Source: a bacterium (GTDB taxonomy: Bacteria > Chloroflexota > Dormibacteria > Aeolococcales > Bog-877). Taken from it: 32,000 nt of DNA. The notes beneath the pieces were generated by a model. That model saw only the letters and a list, made by a program, of their open reading frames with translations, made no database searches and was not told where the DNA came from. Positions 9,821 through 17,657 of this stretch are shown piece after piece (the stretch's first letter is position 1; each line of letters starts with the position of its first letter). Position numbers and translations under genes: made by a program. The DNA lies in the NCBI GenBank assembly GCA_021795235.1, contig JAJYPP010000014.1, positions 28,650 through 60,649 on the forward strand, given 5' to 3'.

Positions 9821-10471
9821 TCAGCCGGTGGCGCCGATCAGGGCGCGAGCCGACTCCTGAGCCAGCTTGTGGAATGCCACCCCGCGACGCGGCTCCAGAA
9901 CCTTGTCGATCAGCCCGTACTGACGCGCCTCCTCGGCGGTCATGAAATAGTCGCGGTCGATGTCGCGCACCACCTCCTCGATCCGGCGGTCGGAGTGGTG
10001 CGCAATGATCTCGGCCATCCGGTGGGTGTTGGCCATGACCTCGCGGAGCTGGATCTCCATGTCGCGCGGGGCGCCCTTGGTTCCGGCGGAGCCCTGATGG
10101 ATCATGATCTTGGCGCTCGGCAGCGCCATTCGCTTGCCGGCCGCGCCCCCGCACAGCACCATCGCAGCCGCCGACATGCCCATGCCGATGCAGAGGGTCG
10201 CCACCTCGCAGGAGACGTGCTGCATGACGTCGTAGATCGCCATCCCGGCGTAGGCCAACCCACCTGGGGAGTTGATGTAGAGGAAGATGTCGCGATCGGG
10301 GTCCTGGCTCTCCAGGTAGAGGATCTCGGCGACCAACAGATTGGCGATCTGGTCGTCGACCTCCTGGCCCAGAAAGACGATCCGTTCCTTGAGCAGCAGC
10401 GAGTAGATGTCGAACGCGCGCTCCCCGCGCAGCGACTGGTCGAGAACTGTCGGGACCATGGTCATCTCCAC
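9821..10471 (-). CDS. clpP: ATP-dependent Clp protease proteolytic subunit
   Basis: Sequence reads ERAFDIYSLLLKERIVFLGQEVDDQIANLLVAEILYLESQDPDRDIFLYINSPGG. Catalytic residues: Ser in GMGMSAAAM, His in IMIHQGS, Asp in DIDRDYF. The start is GTG 10471 or ATG 10465, after a GGAGGAG. Confidence 0.95.
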   Translation of the reverse strand: MEMTMVPTVLDQSLRGERAFDIYSLLLKERIVFLGQEVDDQIANLLVAEILYLESQDPDRDIFLYINSPGGLAYAGMAIYDVMQHVSCEVATLCIGMGMSAAAMVLCGGAAGKRMALPSAKIMIHQGSAGTKGAPRDMEIQLREVMANTHRMAEIIAHHSDRRIEEVVRDIDRDYFMTAEEARQYGLIDKVLEPRRGVAFHKLAQESARALIGATG

Positions 10472-10592
10472 TCCTCCAGCAGGGCCGCTGGCCGGCCACG
10501 CCTATAGCGCATATGATATCTCACATCAGAGATGCCGAATGCCCGGGCCGCACCTCACACTCCGGCCGGTATCCTTGGCCAGAGTCGAAGCC

Positions 10593-10853
10593 ATGCCCCA
10601 GAGATTCCACAAGACGCTGTTCCCAGGCTTCGCCGAAGTCGCGGAGCGCCGCCAGTCCCTCGCTGGCGCCTTGGTCTCGCGCCGGTTGGAGCTTGGCCTC
10701 TCGCAGACTGAGGTGGCGGCGCGAATGGGGACCTCACAGTCCGCCGTCGCACGCTTGGAGGCAGGTTCTGCGGACACCCGCCTGTCCACCCTGGAGCGCT
10801 ACGCCATGGCGGTGCAGATGCGGCTCGATGTCCGCGCCGAGACAGATGGCTGA
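10593..10853 (+). CDS. XRE-family helix-turn-helix transcriptional regulator
   Basis: HTH_3-like sequence LVSRRLELGLSQTEVAARMGTSQSAVARLEAGSADTRLSTLERYA. The track ORF start (10407) overlaps clpP. ATG 10593 or ATG 10539 are the realistic starts. Confidence 0.7.
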   Translation: MPQRFHKTLFPGFAEVAERRQSLAGALVSRRLELGLSQTEVAARMGTSQSAVARLEAGSADTRLSTLERYAMAVQMRLDVRAETDG

Positions 10854-11367
10854 GGGGAGCGGTGATGCGGCGGCCTCGTCCCGAATCCTATTGACTGGCG
10901 ATCTGGACACTGACCTTGCCGGGCAGGTAGGCGTCCAGCTGATGGCGCACGATGCCTCCTCCGACGGCGGAGTGGACCTTGTCATCCGCAGCGAGCGGGG
11001 AACCATCCAGGCCGCCCTGGGCGTGATGGACCCCATCGATGCCATGGGCGTCCCCGTCACGGGAATCGGCCTCGGCCAGGTCGAGGGCCCTGCTCTGGGA
11101 GTGCTGGCGATATGCCATCGGCGACAAGCCGGACCCAGCTCGCGACTCCGTCTCGTCGCCCCCTCCCTGACCGCCAGCGGCACAGCGAAGGACCTGGCGG
11201 AACAGGTTCAGATGGGCGCCAGGGACCTCGAGAGATTCACCGCCAGGGTCGCCCGAGCCACCGGCCAACCGGCAGAGAAGATCGAGATCGACCTGCGGCA
11301 GGGCCGGTACTTCGACCCCGAGGAGGCGATCGCCTACCACCTCGTCGACCGGATCTGGGGCAAGTAG
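10846..11367 (+). CDS. ClpP-fold paralogue lacking the Ser-His-Asp triad (pseudo-protease)
   Basis: 173 aa, alignable by eye to the neighbouring ClpP (RILLTGDLDTDLAGQVGVQLM...DLVIRSERGTIQAALGVMDPIDAMGVPVTGIGLGQVEGPALGVLA...RLRLVAPS...IEIDLRQGRYFDPEEAIAYHLVDRI). Ser, His and Asp positions are replaced by V/E, V and G. ATG 10846 overlaps the XRE stop (ATGGCTGA). Confidence 0.7.
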   Translation: MAEGSGDAAASSRILLTGDLDTDLAGQVGVQLMAHDASSDGGVDLVIRSERGTIQAALGVMDPIDAMGVPVTGIGLGQVEGPALGVLAICHRRQAGPSSRLRLVAPSLTASGTAKDLAEQVQMGARDLERFTARVARATGQPAEKIEIDLRQGRYFDPEEAIAYHLVDRIWGK

Positions 11368-11654
11368 GGAAGTGGTGTGCGGCCCGCCCCGCGACCCTTA
11401 GGCATGCCCGCTCCCAGCTCGTGTGATCCAGCCACCACCGCCTTCACGGCCGTGGTCCGGAGGGTCCCTACGGACCGAAGCCCCTGCTATGTTTGGGAGT
11501 GCCACCATGGGAGTCACCCGGGATCTGTGCTTTCAAGGTGGGCCCACGAACCAAACCGCGACCGATGCAGGCACCGGGGAGGGCTGCACGCGGACGAGAC
11601 GATTCCCCGGAGAAGTGGCCGTCCATCCGGTGCTGTAGGTTCGCCCCGCATCGC

Positions 11655-11730
11655 GCCCTCGTAGCTCAGGGGATAGAGCAGCGGTTTCCTAAACCGCGTG
11701 TCGCAGGTTCAAGTCCTGCCGGGGGCACCA
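11655..11730 (+). tRNA. tRNA-Arg (anticodon CCT), 76 nt with encoded CCA
   Basis: Folded manually. Acceptor stem GCCCTCG/CGGGGGC with one G-U pair. D arm GCTC-AGGGGATA-GAGC. Anticodon stem GCGGT/ACCGC with loop TTCCTAA (CCT at 11688-11690). Variable loop GTGTC. T arm GCAGG-TTCAAGT-CCTGC. Discriminator A, then CCA. Confidence 0.9.
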
Positions 11731-11731
11731 G
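11682..11731. repeat. attL: 50-bp direct repeat covering the 3' part of tRNA-Arg
   Basis: cggtttcctaaaccgcgtgtcgcaggttcaagtcctgccgggggcaccag is repeated exactly at 29948-29997. Confidence 0.85.
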
Positions 11732-11797
11732 TTTTGAGATCAAAACTGAGGCAGCCGAGTGCCACAGCGTGCCTCCAGTACCCCTGATGTGACGCAC

Positions 11798-11821
11798 GAA
11801 AGGCGACCTAGGTCGCCTTTC
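11798..11821. repeat. perfect 24-nt palindrome between tRNA/attL and int
   Basis: GAAAGGCGACCTAGGTCGCCTTTC equals its own reverse complement. It ends 17 nt upstream of the int GTG. It could be a tRNA terminator-like hairpin or a recombination/regulatory site. Confidence 0.6.
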
Positions 11822-11838
11822 GTGGTACAGTAGCTGCA

Positions 11839-12945
11839 GTGGCCGAGAAGGCACGTCCCGGGCGGAAGAAGGGCGCCGGCTTCAAGCGGGCAGACGGCCT
11901 CTGGGTGGTCCGTTGGACTGGCACCGACGGGCGCCGGCACGCAGCCACCGGCCACTCGGCCGCTGAGGCGAGAAGGAAGGCCGAACACAAGCGTGGTGAG
12001 TGGCAGCCGGCCCAAGCCGGCACCCTCAAGGCGTTCGCCGATCGGTGGCTCGAGGAGAAGCGAGCGTCTCTGAAGCCACGGACTTGGCTCCGGTACGAGC
12101 AGCTGATCAGGGTCCACGTGATCCCGACCCTGGGTGGGAAGCAGCTTGCCAAGATTACCGAAGGCGACTTGGACTCCCTGTACGCGGGGTTCAGAGCGAG
12201 CGGGATGAACTCGACCACCCAAGCTCACGCGGCCACCGTCCTGGGGACGATGCTGGAGGCGGCCCGGCGAAGGAAGCTGATCCAGGAGAATCCGGTCCGG
12301 AACGTGCCGAAGCCGCGCATGGCCCATTCCGAGATGCACATCCTCTCGGAGCACGAGGCCCGGGCCCTCCTTGAGGCCGCGAAAGGCGACGGGCTCGAGG
12401 CCCTCTACGTGCTCGCCCTGACGACCGGCATGAGGCTGGGTGAACTGCTCGCCCTGAAGTGGAGCGACATCGACCTGGCCCGTGGTGTGGTCCACGTCCG
12501 CGGGGCGGTCACCGTCGGCTGGACGGGGAAGCTACAAGTGATGGCGCCGAAGACCCAGCGCAGCCGCAGGGACATCCCACTCGTCCCAATGGCGGTGGAA
12601 GCGGTCACAAGTCGTCGAGAGCGAGTCGGATCGGGACCGTCTGATCTCCTCTTCCCAGGGAGAGGCGGCTACATGTCGGGCAGCACCGTCTACGTCGCCT
12701 TCCGCCGGCTTCTGGAAGAGGCGGGCCTGCCTCGGGTCCGCTTCCACGACCTGAGACATACGGCGGCGACGCTGCTTCTGGCGCGTGGAGTGTCCGCGCA
12801 CGTCGTGGCCGGGCTGTTGGGGCACGCAAGCGTATCGACCACCCTCGGGGTGTACGGTCACGTGACGCGCGGCCTGGAGGCTCAGGCGGCTACCCAGATC
12901 CAGGAGATCTTCGCCACACCGTCTTCGTCGACACCCACCTCCTGA
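11839..12945 (+). CDS. int: tyrosine recombinase / phage-type integrase
   Basis: 368 aa with an N-terminal SAM-like domain. The C-terminal catalytic region reads ...LALTTGMRLGELLALKW...RFHDLRHTAATLLLARGVSAHVVAGLLGHASVSTTLGVYGHV (R..HxxR..Y). GTG start. Confidence 0.95.
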   Translation: MAEKARPGRKKGAGFKRADGLWVVRWTGTDGRRHAATGHSAAEARRKAEHKRGEWQPAQAGTLKAFADRWLEEKRASLKPRTWLRYEQLIRVHVIPTLGGKQLAKITEGDLDSLYAGFRASGMNSTTQAHAATVLGTMLEAARRRKLIQENPVRNVPKPRMAHSEMHILSEHEARALLEAAKGDGLEALYVLALTTGMRLGELLALKWSDIDLARGVVHVRGAVTVGWTGKLQVMAPKTQRSRRDIPLVPMAVEAVTSRRERVGSGPSDLLFPGRGGYMSGSTVYVAFRRLLEEAGLPRVRFHDLRHTAATLLLARGVSAHVVAGLLGHASVSTTLGVYGHVTRGLEAQAATQIQEIFATPSSSTPTS

Positions 12946-13102
12946 GACCGTCTTCCGGGAGCCGCATGATCGATCCGCACCAGACCACCGGCAGTTCGCC
13001 AGCGTCCACCATCCGGTAGATCGTGCGCTTCGAGAGGCCCAGCATGGCCGCGGCTTCCGGCACGGTTCGAAGCAACTTGGGTGGCGCCTCCATTGTCGAC
13101 AC
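12890..13102 (-). CDS. xis: excisionase / MerR-AlpA-type helix-turn-helix DNA-binding protein
   Basis: 70 aa, with LLRTVPEAAAMLGLSKRTIYRMVDAGELPVV typical of excisionase-family HTH. It abuts the rep stop and overlaps the int 3' end convergently (12890-12945). Confidence 0.75.
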   Translation of the reverse strand: MSTMEAPPKLLRTVPEAAAMLGLSKRTIYRMVDAGELPVVWCGSIMRLPEDGLRRWVSTKTVWRRSPGSG

Positions 13103-14218
13103 TCAGATGGACGGCTCTCGCTCGGTGACACGGCAGCGGCCGGCACCGGCGACCTCGACCCTCTGCCGGCGCTTGCGAGCCACGATGGCAGCAAAGTCCT
13201 CGCCCTTCCGCTCGAGATAGCTGGGAACGCCGGGCACCGTCCTGGCCAGGGCCGCTCCGACCCCAGGGGCCGCCCCCAGCGCAGCCAGGCTGGAGGCATA
13301 GCCCACCAGTCCCCGGATTATCCGCAGCTCGTCGGCCGACCGGACCATGTCCCGCACCAGTGGCGTGGTGGGCGAGCCTATCTCGGCCTGGCAGATCGCG
13401 GCCCACTCCCGAGCCTCCGGCCAGCGGGCCCGGTTCGAGTCGGAGGTCGGGATCCGCAGCGAGAGCCACTGGGTGCCGTAGTGCCAGAGCTCCTGGCGGC
13501 TGGCGAGCGCCTCGGCCGGAGTTGAGCACCCCAGAGATACCAGCGAGCGGCGCCGGAACTGAAATTCGACCCGCCACACGGGCTGGTCTTGGTCCCAGTC
13601 CACCCACAGTGCCTTGGGCCACTCGGAGCCGCGGACGCTGAGCTCCATGGTCTTGTCGTAGCAGCGGGCCATCAGGTCGCCGCCGCCGAAGACGAAGCCG
13701 CTGGCCCTGCGTCCGCGCAGGTGGGCCTGGTCGTAGATCGGCACGGAGTACGTTCGCCGCCGGACGGCCCGGCAGTGGAACTTCTCGAAGTCCTCCATTA
13801 CCGGCAACCAGCCCTGGGTGTCGCAGTAAAGGTCGAGACGGGATACCCCAAGCACCGGCTCATCACGCATCACGTTGGCGGCCAGCCACTCGGAGATCTC
13901 AGCCGCGGCCTGGTCCGCTCCTCTGGAGTGCAGATAGGCAGAGTGAGCCTGGATGAACACCGGCGGGAACGGGGCTGGCGCCCCAATCGCCACCTCGATG
14001 TTGGGAGAGCTGGCCCAGAACGGATAGCTCCTCCAACCGTGGGGGCGCAGGGCAACCGAGAGTGACTGCTCGCCCCAGGTGACCACCTGGAGCTCCTTGG
14101 TACGCTGAGACTCCTCCTTGAGTGCCTCGAGGAAGACCAGCAGCCCGTCCTGAAGCTCGCCACGGACGGAGCAGTGGAGGGTGTCGACCCCAGCGCTCAG
14201 AATCTTGAGATCTTCCAT
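13103..14218 (-). CDS. rolling-circle replication initiator (Rep_trans / RepSA-like)
   Basis: Blocks VSRLDLYCDTQGW, ARCYDKTMEL and VWRVEFQFRR match the Rep_trans replication initiation factor pattern. I place the start at ATG 14218 (MEDLKILSAGVDTLHC), which overlaps the tra stop (TAATG), rather than at the track start 14314. Confidence 0.8.
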   Translation of the reverse strand: MEDLKILSAGVDTLHCSVRGELQDGLLVFLEALKEESQRTKELQVVTWGEQSLSVALRPHGWRSYPFWASSPNIEVAIGAPAPFPPVFIQAHSAYLHSRGADQAAAEISEWLAANVMRDEPVLGVSRLDLYCDTQGWLPVMEDFEKFHCRAVRRRTYSVPIYDQAHLRGRRASGFVFGGGDLMARCYDKTMELSVRGSEWPKALWVDWDQDQPVWRVEFQFRRRSLVSLGCSTPAEALASRQELWHYGTQWLSLRIPTSDSNRARWPEAREWAAICQAEIGSPTTPLVRDMVRSADELRIIRGLVGYASSLAALGAAPGVGAALARTVPGVPSYLERKGEDFAAIVARKRRQRVEVAGAGRCRVTEREPSI

Positions 14219-15585
14219 TACGATGGATCCAAGAGTTCGTCTGAAGGGGGGCACGTATTTTCCCACCACTGTGTGACAGGGCCAGTGGTGGGTGGGACGC
14301 CCCCGGCACCCCACCTCGCCAGCAGCAGCTCCCGGCTCTCCTCGACCGAGCAGTCGACCGCCTGGAACTCCTCTGTGGTCTCATGGGCGAAGACCGCCCG
14401 GCCCGGGTGCGGCGGCAGCAGAGAGGCTTTGTCGCTGTCGAGCAGGATGAAGCTGTTCACGGCGGCTCTGACCCGGAAGGCGACGGTGCCGTCGAGGTTG
14501 GCCTTCAGCTGCCCCGGCACGGCCTCGGCATCCGGTCTCTGAGTGCAGCAGACGAGGTGGATGTCCACCGATCTCCCGAGCCTGGCGATCTCACAGAGCC
14601 GCCCGGTGGCCGCCTGTTGGGCGGCACGGGCGGCCCGGTCGTCGCCAAGGTCGCGGACCGTCAGTTCGGCCACCTCGTCCACCACGACCAGGATCCGGGG
14701 CCAGGTGGCTGGGGCAGCTGAGTCCCCCGCCTCCACCGAGCGCCTGACCGCGGATAGCCGCCGGTCCAGCTCATCCCGGACGCGACTCAGAGTCTCCGCA
14801 GCTGCCGCCACGGTGTCGGCGACCGGGTAGAGGGCATGCGGCAACAGGCCGAAATAGGCGAGCTCAACGCCTCCCTTGAGGTCGATGAGCGCCAGCCGCA
14901 GCCGCTCCGGAGGGTGGTCGCAGCAGAGGAAGGTCAGGGCCTGGCGCAGGAAGACGCTCTTGCCCTGCCCGGTCATGCCTCCCACCAGCAGATGAGGGCA
15001 TGAGTCCAGGTCGACCCAGAGAGCGCCACGCCGTCCTCGCCCCAGGCCCACCAGGCAGCGCCCATGGGGACGGGGCCCGGAGTAGAAGGTGCGGTAGGGG
15101 ACCTGGTCCGGGATCTGGTGCCGGAGCACCTCCATCACCAGCGAGCCCGGCTCCTCCCAGCAGCGCAGCGCACAGTCGCACCTCGCCTCGAGCGAGCTTT
15201 GCCGGACCAGGACGTCGGCCAGGGTCACCCCCGGAGGCATCCGCCAGCGCAGGGTGACGTTGCGACCGACCCACTGGCTGCCGAGACTGGCCCGGGGCAG
15301 GACGATCCTGCCCCGGGCATCGCGGCCCACCAGCCCGGACTCCGCCATGGCCCGCCGCAGCCTGGCCGCGACCGACCAGTGCCGGCGGTGCATGGTCAGG
15401 GCGAGGACGAAGACCGTGACCACCCCGGTCGCGACCCCCGTGATCCCCTCCGGCCAGCCCAGGGCTCCGGTCACATATGGGGTTACCAGGAAAGCCCAGA
15501 CCGCGGGCTGGCGCACAACCGAGAGCAGGATCCGAACCGGATCCCACCACTCCTTGCGCTCGGTCGTGTACCGGGCCCCCATCAC
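14218..15585 (-). CDS. FtsK/SpoIIIE-family DNA translocase (TraSA/TraB-like conjugal transfer protein)
   Basis: 455 aa with N-terminal TM helices. Walker A is LLVGGMTGQGKSVFL and Walker B is ILVVVDEVAEL. This is the single-ATPase dsDNA transfer protein typical of AICEs. Confidence 0.9.
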   Translation of the reverse strand: MMGARYTTERKEWWDPVRILLSVVRQPAVWAFLVTPYVTGALGWPEGITGVATGVVTVFVLALTMHRRHWSVAARLRRAMAESGLVGRDARGRIVLPRASLGSQWVGRNVTLRWRMPPGVTLADVLVRQSSLEARCDCALRCWEEPGSLVMEVLRHQIPDQVPYRTFYSGPRPHGRCLVGLGRGRRGALWVDLDSCPHLLVGGMTGQGKSVFLRQALTFLCCDHPPERLRLALIDLKGGVELAYFGLLPHALYPVADTVAAAAETLSRVRDELDRRLSAVRRSVEAGDSAAPATWPRILVVVDEVAELTVRDLGDDRAARAAQQAATGRLCEIARLGRSVDIHLVCCTQRPDAEAVPGQLKANLDGTVAFRVRAAVNSFILLDSDKASLLPPHPGRAVFAHETTEEFQAVDCSVEESRELLLARWGAGGVPPTTGPVTQWWENTCPPSDELLDPS

Positions 15586-15827
15586 TCGGCCACCTGAGCC
15601 GGCGCCGGGACGGGAGCCATGGTCCCAGACGATTGACTGGTGCCGGAGGCAAGCCCCGTGACCAGCCAGAGAATGAACAGAACGATGAGGAGGAGGCAGC
15701 CCAGGCGGGCCCCTCCCCTCCTCCAGTTGAGCAGGCTGCGCACGATGAGGAGCACGGCGAAGCCGGTGAAGAGGAGCAGGGCCGCCCCCACCACAAGGGT
15801 GAGGACGGCTCCGACCAGCCCGGTCAT
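15582..15827 (-). CDS. small membrane protein (2 TM helices), Spd-like position
   Basis: 81 aa with two hydrophobic helices. ATGA overlaps occur at both ends (with the ssb stop and the tra start), which argues for real translation. Confidence 0.5.
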   Translation of the reverse strand: MTGLVGAVLTLVVGAALLLFTGFAVLLIVRSLLNWRRGGARLGCLLLIVLFILWLVTGLASGTSQSSGTMAPVPAPAQVAE

Positions 15828-16186
15828 TTGCTCTTGGCTCGCGGCTCCTCAGCCTCCTGGGCCTTGGGAGCCGAGAGGTAGGTGATGGACTCCGCGACCA
15901 CCGTCAGTCGCAGCTGCCCACCCCTCTCCTTGCCGTCGGGGTTGTAGAAGGTACCCCGCAGCCGTCCGGTGACGGCCACCCTGGACCCCTTGCCGTTGAA
16001 GCGGACCAGGTTCTTCGCCTGGACTCCCCAGGTCTCGACCCTGATCCAGTCGGGAGCCTGGTCTTTGGTCCGCCGCCTCACCGCGCAGAGGAAGCTCGCC
16101 TTGGTCTGAGGACCGTTCGCGGCGGAGGGGAACTCCTCCAGCTTGACCTGAGATGCCACGACCCCGATGAGCTCGACATGGTTCAT
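15824..16186 (-). CDS. ssb: single-stranded DNA-binding protein
   Basis: MNHVELIGVVASQVKLE...DWIRVETWGVQAKNLVRFNGKGSRVAVTGRLRGTFYNPDGKERGGQLRLTVVAESITYL shows the OB-fold SSB pattern, with an acidic/charged tail. The start is taken at ATG 16186 (ATGA overlap with the upstream ORF), not the track start 16294. Confidence 0.85.
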   Translation of the reverse strand: MNHVELIGVVASQVKLEEFPSAANGPQTKASFLCAVRRRTKDQAPDWIRVETWGVQAKNLVRFNGKGSRVAVTGRLRGTFYNPDGKERGGQLRLTVVAESITYLSAPKAQEAEEPRAKSK

Positions 16187-16365
16187 GGCTGGTCCTCCAG
16201 CTCCGCGACCTGCTCGAGCTCCTGGTCCAGCCGGCGCTCTCGCTCCTCCTCCTCCATCAGCTCGGGGAGCACCGCCCAGATGGGGAAGTGGCATACCCGG
16301 CCCTGTCGCCTGACCCGGTCCCTCCGGTCTCTCTGCTGGTGTAGTCGTCGCCTGTGGTCAGCCAT
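16183..16365 (-). CDS. small hypothetical protein, first gene of the transfer/replication operon
   Basis: 60 aa (MADHRRRLHQQRDRRDRV...EEEERERRLDQELEQVAELEDQP). AGGAGG lies 7 nt upstream of ATG 16365. The stop overlaps the ssb start. No family recognised. Confidence 0.4.
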   Translation of the reverse strand: MADHRRRLHQQRDRRDRVRRQGRVCHFPIWAVLPELMEEEERERRLDQELEQVAELEDQP

Positions 16366-16403
16366 GTCGCACCTCCTGAACTCTGGCACTGCAACGCGCC
16401 ATG

Positions 16404-16442
16404 TGGTACGGACCATCCTAGCACGACCACAGGCCTTGTCAA
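16404..16442 (-). promoter_or_regulatory. putative promoter of the orf60-ssb-tra-rep-xis operon with an overlapping GntR-type operator
   Basis: On the minus strand: TTGACA (16442-16437), a 16-nt spacer, then TAGGAT (20-16415). The palindrome TGGTCCGTACCA (16415-16404; plus-strand tggtacggacca) starts at the last base of the -10 element. Confidence 0.45.
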
Positions 16443-16556
16443 GGGGGTGCGCGAAATCTCGGCTCGAGGAGATCGGGGGCGGTCCTACCGGCCACTCGCG
16501 GCAGCGGCGCCGGGCGGCCAGAGGGCTCTGTCGCCGGCCTCAGCAGAGGGTTCGGG

Positions 16557-17342
16557 CTAGATGTGGAGCGGGATCCTGGGGAACACCAGCGTGGTCTGGT
16601 CCGCCGGCAGGTGGGTCTCGATCACCGCCACCACCAGATCGTCCTGCTTCATCACCCGGTAGAGCTGGAGCACCGGCACCCCATCCGGGATGGAGAGGAC
16701 CTGCTTGATGTTGGGTGTCGGCATGGCGGCCTCCACCACGTCCTCCCCCTCCGCGGCCGGCACCCCCTTGATGGCGAGCACATCGGGGAGCCAGTAGCCG
16801 TCGAGGTCCTCCTCGGACAGCCCCATCTCCTTCTCCACTCTTGGGTGAAGCCAAACCCGGCAGAGAGACGGAGCTCCCTGGGAGTCGAGGCCCGTCGCCT
16901 CCTGCACCAGGACCTCGGTCCCGCCCTCAACCTGGAGCAGCTCCGAGATCCAGGGAGTCGTCGTCATCCGCCGCTCCAGACTCTCCAGGATCGCCGAGAG
17001 ACGGAAGGACCGAGTCGGGGCCCCGTCCTTGGACTCCTGCCTACGCGGAGCGGGGCGCACCATGCCCACCCGGGTCGCGTCCACCCGGTGCCGGTCCGCC
17101 TTGGGATCCCGCACGAAGCTTCCCGCCCCGTGCTCGGCGACCACCATCCCCTCCTGCTTCAGGACCCCGATGGCGCTCCGGACCGTCGTCCTGGTCACCT
17201 GGTAGCGGGCCATGAGCTTGCGTTCGGACGGGAACGCCACCCCGGCGGGCAGCCTCCCATCCTCGATGTCCTTGCGCAGGACATCGGCCAGCTGCTGGTA
17301 CAGCGGCACCGGGCTCTCACGGTCAAGGGTCGGTCTCACCAC
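16557..17342 (-). CDS. GntR-family (HutC-type, KorSA-like) transcriptional repressor
   Basis: PLYQQLADVLRKDIEDGRLPAGVAFPSERKLMARYQVTRTTVRSAIGVLKQEGMVVAEHGAGSFV is a GntR winged HTH. The C-terminal ~170 aa are UTRA-like. GTG start. Confidence 0.85.
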   Translation of the reverse strand: MVRPTLDRESPVPLYQQLADVLRKDIEDGRLPAGVAFPSERKLMARYQVTRTTVRSAIGVLKQEGMVVAEHGAGSFVRDPKADRHRVDATRVGMVRPAPRRQESKDGAPTRSFRLSAILESLERRMTTTPWISELLQVEGGTEVLVQEATGLDSQGAPSLCRVWLHPRVEKEMGLSEEDLDGYWLPDVLAIKGVPAAEGEDVVEAAMPTPNIKQVLSIPDGVPVLQLYRVMKQDDLVVAVIETHLPADQTTLVFPRIPLHI

Positions 17343-17348
17343 TGCTAC

Positions 17349-17369
17349 AGTCTACCTGGTGCGGACCAG
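17349..17369 (-). promoter_or_regulatory. putative autoregulatory operator plus -10 element of the GntR gene (leaderless-type arrangement)
   Basis: Palindrome ctggtgcggaccag lies at 17356-17369 (core TGGT-N4-ACCA at 17357-17368). It is directly upstream of TAGACT (minus strand, 17354-17349), which ends 6 nt before the GTG start. Confidence 0.4.
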
Positions 17370-17545
17370 AATTGCTACCGTCCGGATACGGGGAGAAATC
17401 AGTGCGGAATCCCGACAAAGACCGTACGCCTCCAGATTCAACTTTCACTCCGCCGAGCCCATCATCGTCATGGGCAAGCTCCACCTCAGGGTCTCTGTCC
17501 CTCTCCGGGTTCGCTCATGGCCCACTCAAACAGCAGTACCGCCGG

Positions 17546-17595
17546 AGAACTCTCGTGCGGAGTTTGGACAGCAGTTCCCCTGCCGACCCAGTCAT
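17546..17595 (-). pseudogene. remnant of the first ~16 codons of a second TrkA_N-RyR gene copy
   Basis: ATG 17595 gives MTGSAGELLSKLRTRV, compared with MTRSAGELLSKLRTRV at 24263. Homology stops at 17546 and the frame terminates after 26 codons. Confidence 0.6.
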
Positions 17596-17657
17596 CCCTG
17601 TGCCCCCTTCTGCCAGTTGGCACCAGCGCAGTGTCTCGACCAGTGCGGCTGAGTTCG

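Noticed and set aside
10472-10592. AT-rich patch (tatagcgcatatgatatctcacatc) between clpP and the XRE gene, considered as a ClgR-type or other operator
   Set aside because: This is probably the divergent promoter region. I could not match a defined operator consensus with confidence, so no site is called.
11368-11654. 290-nt gap upstream of the tRNA with hairpins (GGTCCG...CGGACC at about 11455-11480; CCGGGGA...TCCCCGG at about 11574-11610), considered as a structured ncRNA or riboswitch
   Set aside because: I recognise no conserved ncRNA motif (not SRP, tmRNA, RNase P or 6S). The hairpins lack U-tracts. The ORFs here (11377-11664, 11493-11792) run into the tRNA and look spurious. I cannot support a call without a covariance-model search such as Rfam/Infernal.
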